Part shown: positions 53,449 to 54,110 of the stretch, one piece after another
Numbering within the stretch: position 1 is the first letter of the stretch
Layout: each line of letters opens with the position of its first letter
NCBI GenBank assembly: GCA_038127845.1
Contig: JAYPIL010000004.1
Coordinates: 1 to 54,110 of the forward strand
Length of the DNA: 54,110 nt
Reading direction: 5' to 3'
DNA from: Poseidonia sp.
GTDB taxonomy: Archaea; Thermoplasmatota; Poseidoniia; Poseidoniales; Poseidoniaceae
Notes under the pieces: model-generated
Database searches by the model: none
Told to the model about the DNA's origin: nothing
Seen by the model: only the letters and a program-made list of their open reading frames with translations
Program-made: the position numbers and the translations under genes

Positions 53449-54110
53449 GGCGGTTCTTCTTCCACATCACCCTCGATGTTCAGTTCTGCACCGGATGCAG
53501 GAGGCTTGCCGGTGAACAGAAGGCTTGCGGCGAGGGCAATGACGACCATCAGTAACCCAGCACGCACAGCCGTCGACTGAAGAGAGAACGTGGATGTGGT
53601 GGATTCACACTCGGCACAGGTGACCATGGGGCAAACCTCGTCGGCAGGTACTTCGAAGGTTTCGCCACAACATCCCTCACACGTTTGCATTCCCGTTTGA
53701 TTGTCCACCGAATCGTTTGGGTCTTTGCACACAGGACAACAGCCACCTTCCTCGGCAGGCAGAACATCCCAACCCTCCGGGCATGTATCGCACTGCACAT
53801 CACCGCAAGGGTCCACGGGTTCGGTGGGCCATATACAAGAGCCATCGTCCTGCGTGGCATTGAGGTCGTAGTTGGTGGCTGTTTGATTGGTGCATCCCAG
53901 CACCTCAGGGGGCGTGTGTACGCACGAACCGTCGTCTTGCGTGGCGTTTGGATTGAAATTGTCTGCTGATGCGTTCGTGCACCCCAGCACAGGTTGGGGG
54001 GCATAGGTGCAACTGTTGTCATCCACCGTGGCCGTCGGATCGTAGTTCTCGGCAGCAGGGTCGGTACAGCCCGAGACGGTGGTGTTTCCTCCCGTCTCGT
54101 TCCCTCCCGT
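53436..54110 (-). CDS. Cys-rich repeat surface protein, C-terminal part (5' end runs off the window)
   Basis: The ORF-track start at 54026 is a GTG (Val) codon. The frame stays open for all 28 upstream codons to position 54110 and encodes another repeat copy (GCTDPAAENYDPTATVDDNSC). C-terminal TM: AGLLMVVIALAASLLF. Its 3' end overlaps the glgP end by 13 nt. Confidence 0.7.
   Translation of the reverse strand, partial: TGGNETGGNTTVSGCTDPAAENYDPTATVDDNSCTYAPQPVLGCTNASADNFNPNATQDDGSCVHTPPEVLGCTNQTATNYDLNATQDDGSCIWPTEPVDPCGDVQCDTCPEGWDVLPAEEGGCCPVCKDPNDSVDNQTGMQTCEGCCGETFEVPADEVCPMVTCAECESTTSTFSLQSTAVRAGLLMVVIALAASLLFTGKPPASGAELNIEGDVEEEPPQAN
53835..54071 (-). repeat. In-frame 87-nt (29-aa) tandem repeat, at least 3 copies within the window
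   Basis: Copies start at 54071, 53984 and 53897 on the minus strand. They read GCTDPAAENYDPTATVDDNSC / GCTNASADNFNPNATQDDGSC / GCTNQTATNYDLNATQDDGSC, each followed by a Pro-rich 8-aa spacer. Confidence 0.75.

Noticed and set aside
53600-53830. Eukaryote-like von Willebrand type C domain (CCPVC motif) in the Cys-rich protein
   Set aside because: Only the CC-x-x-C element and one C-x-x-C match. The overall Cys spacing does not follow the VWC consensus as I remember it. I kept it as a generic Cys knot.
1-54110. CRISPR arrays, IS elements, transposases, prophage genes and rRNA
   Set aside because: None were recognised on either strand. The only repeats found are in-frame protein-coding repeats.

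Overview
This window is a tightly packed archaeal chromosomal segment with about 40 protein genes and two tRNAs. I saw no rRNA, transposase, integrase or CRISPR array. Many spacers are 0-15 nt, and several start/stop codons overlap in ATGA fashion.

Archaeal information-processing markers are present: the AspRS C-terminus, RFC small subunit, GatD, Pelota, PolD small subunit, a tRNA(CAT) with a 55-nt bulge-helix-bulge intron, and tRNA-Val. They are interleaved with bacterial-looking heterotrophic metabolism:
- aldehyde dehydrogenase, an asparaginase-II-like protein and an LLM oxidoreductase
- a LigB-type extradiol dioxygenase pair and an APC permease
- PanB, formate-THF ligase and an acyl-CoA carboxyltransferase
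- a GH57/GH77/GT35 alpha-glucan gene set

PolD, GatD and the intron-bearing tRNA indicate an archaeon, probably of euryarchaeal type. A planktonic marine group II/III-like lineage is plausible, but that is only inference.

The most unusual content is:
1. A 3,051-aa surface protein built from a ~325-aa super-repeat. It is followed 13 nt later by an 864-aa paralogous partner with the same membrane anchor and Trp-rich acidic cytoplasmic tail.
2. A LigB catalytic subunit plus a degenerate LigB-like subunit fused to a RidA deaminase domain. This resembles a 2-aminophenol-type meta-cleavage module and sits next to an amino-acid permease.
3. A surface-anchored GH57 amylopullulanase-like enzyme transcribed divergently from malQ-glgP.
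4. A 918-aa surface protein whose alpha/beta-hydrolase-like head reads GHGKG where the nucleophile elbow should be.
5. A Cys-rich protein with 29-aa tandem repeats that runs off the window edge.
6. A four-gene flotillin/NfeD cluster.

All functional calls come from motif recognition by eye. No database search, HMM or structure prediction was possible.
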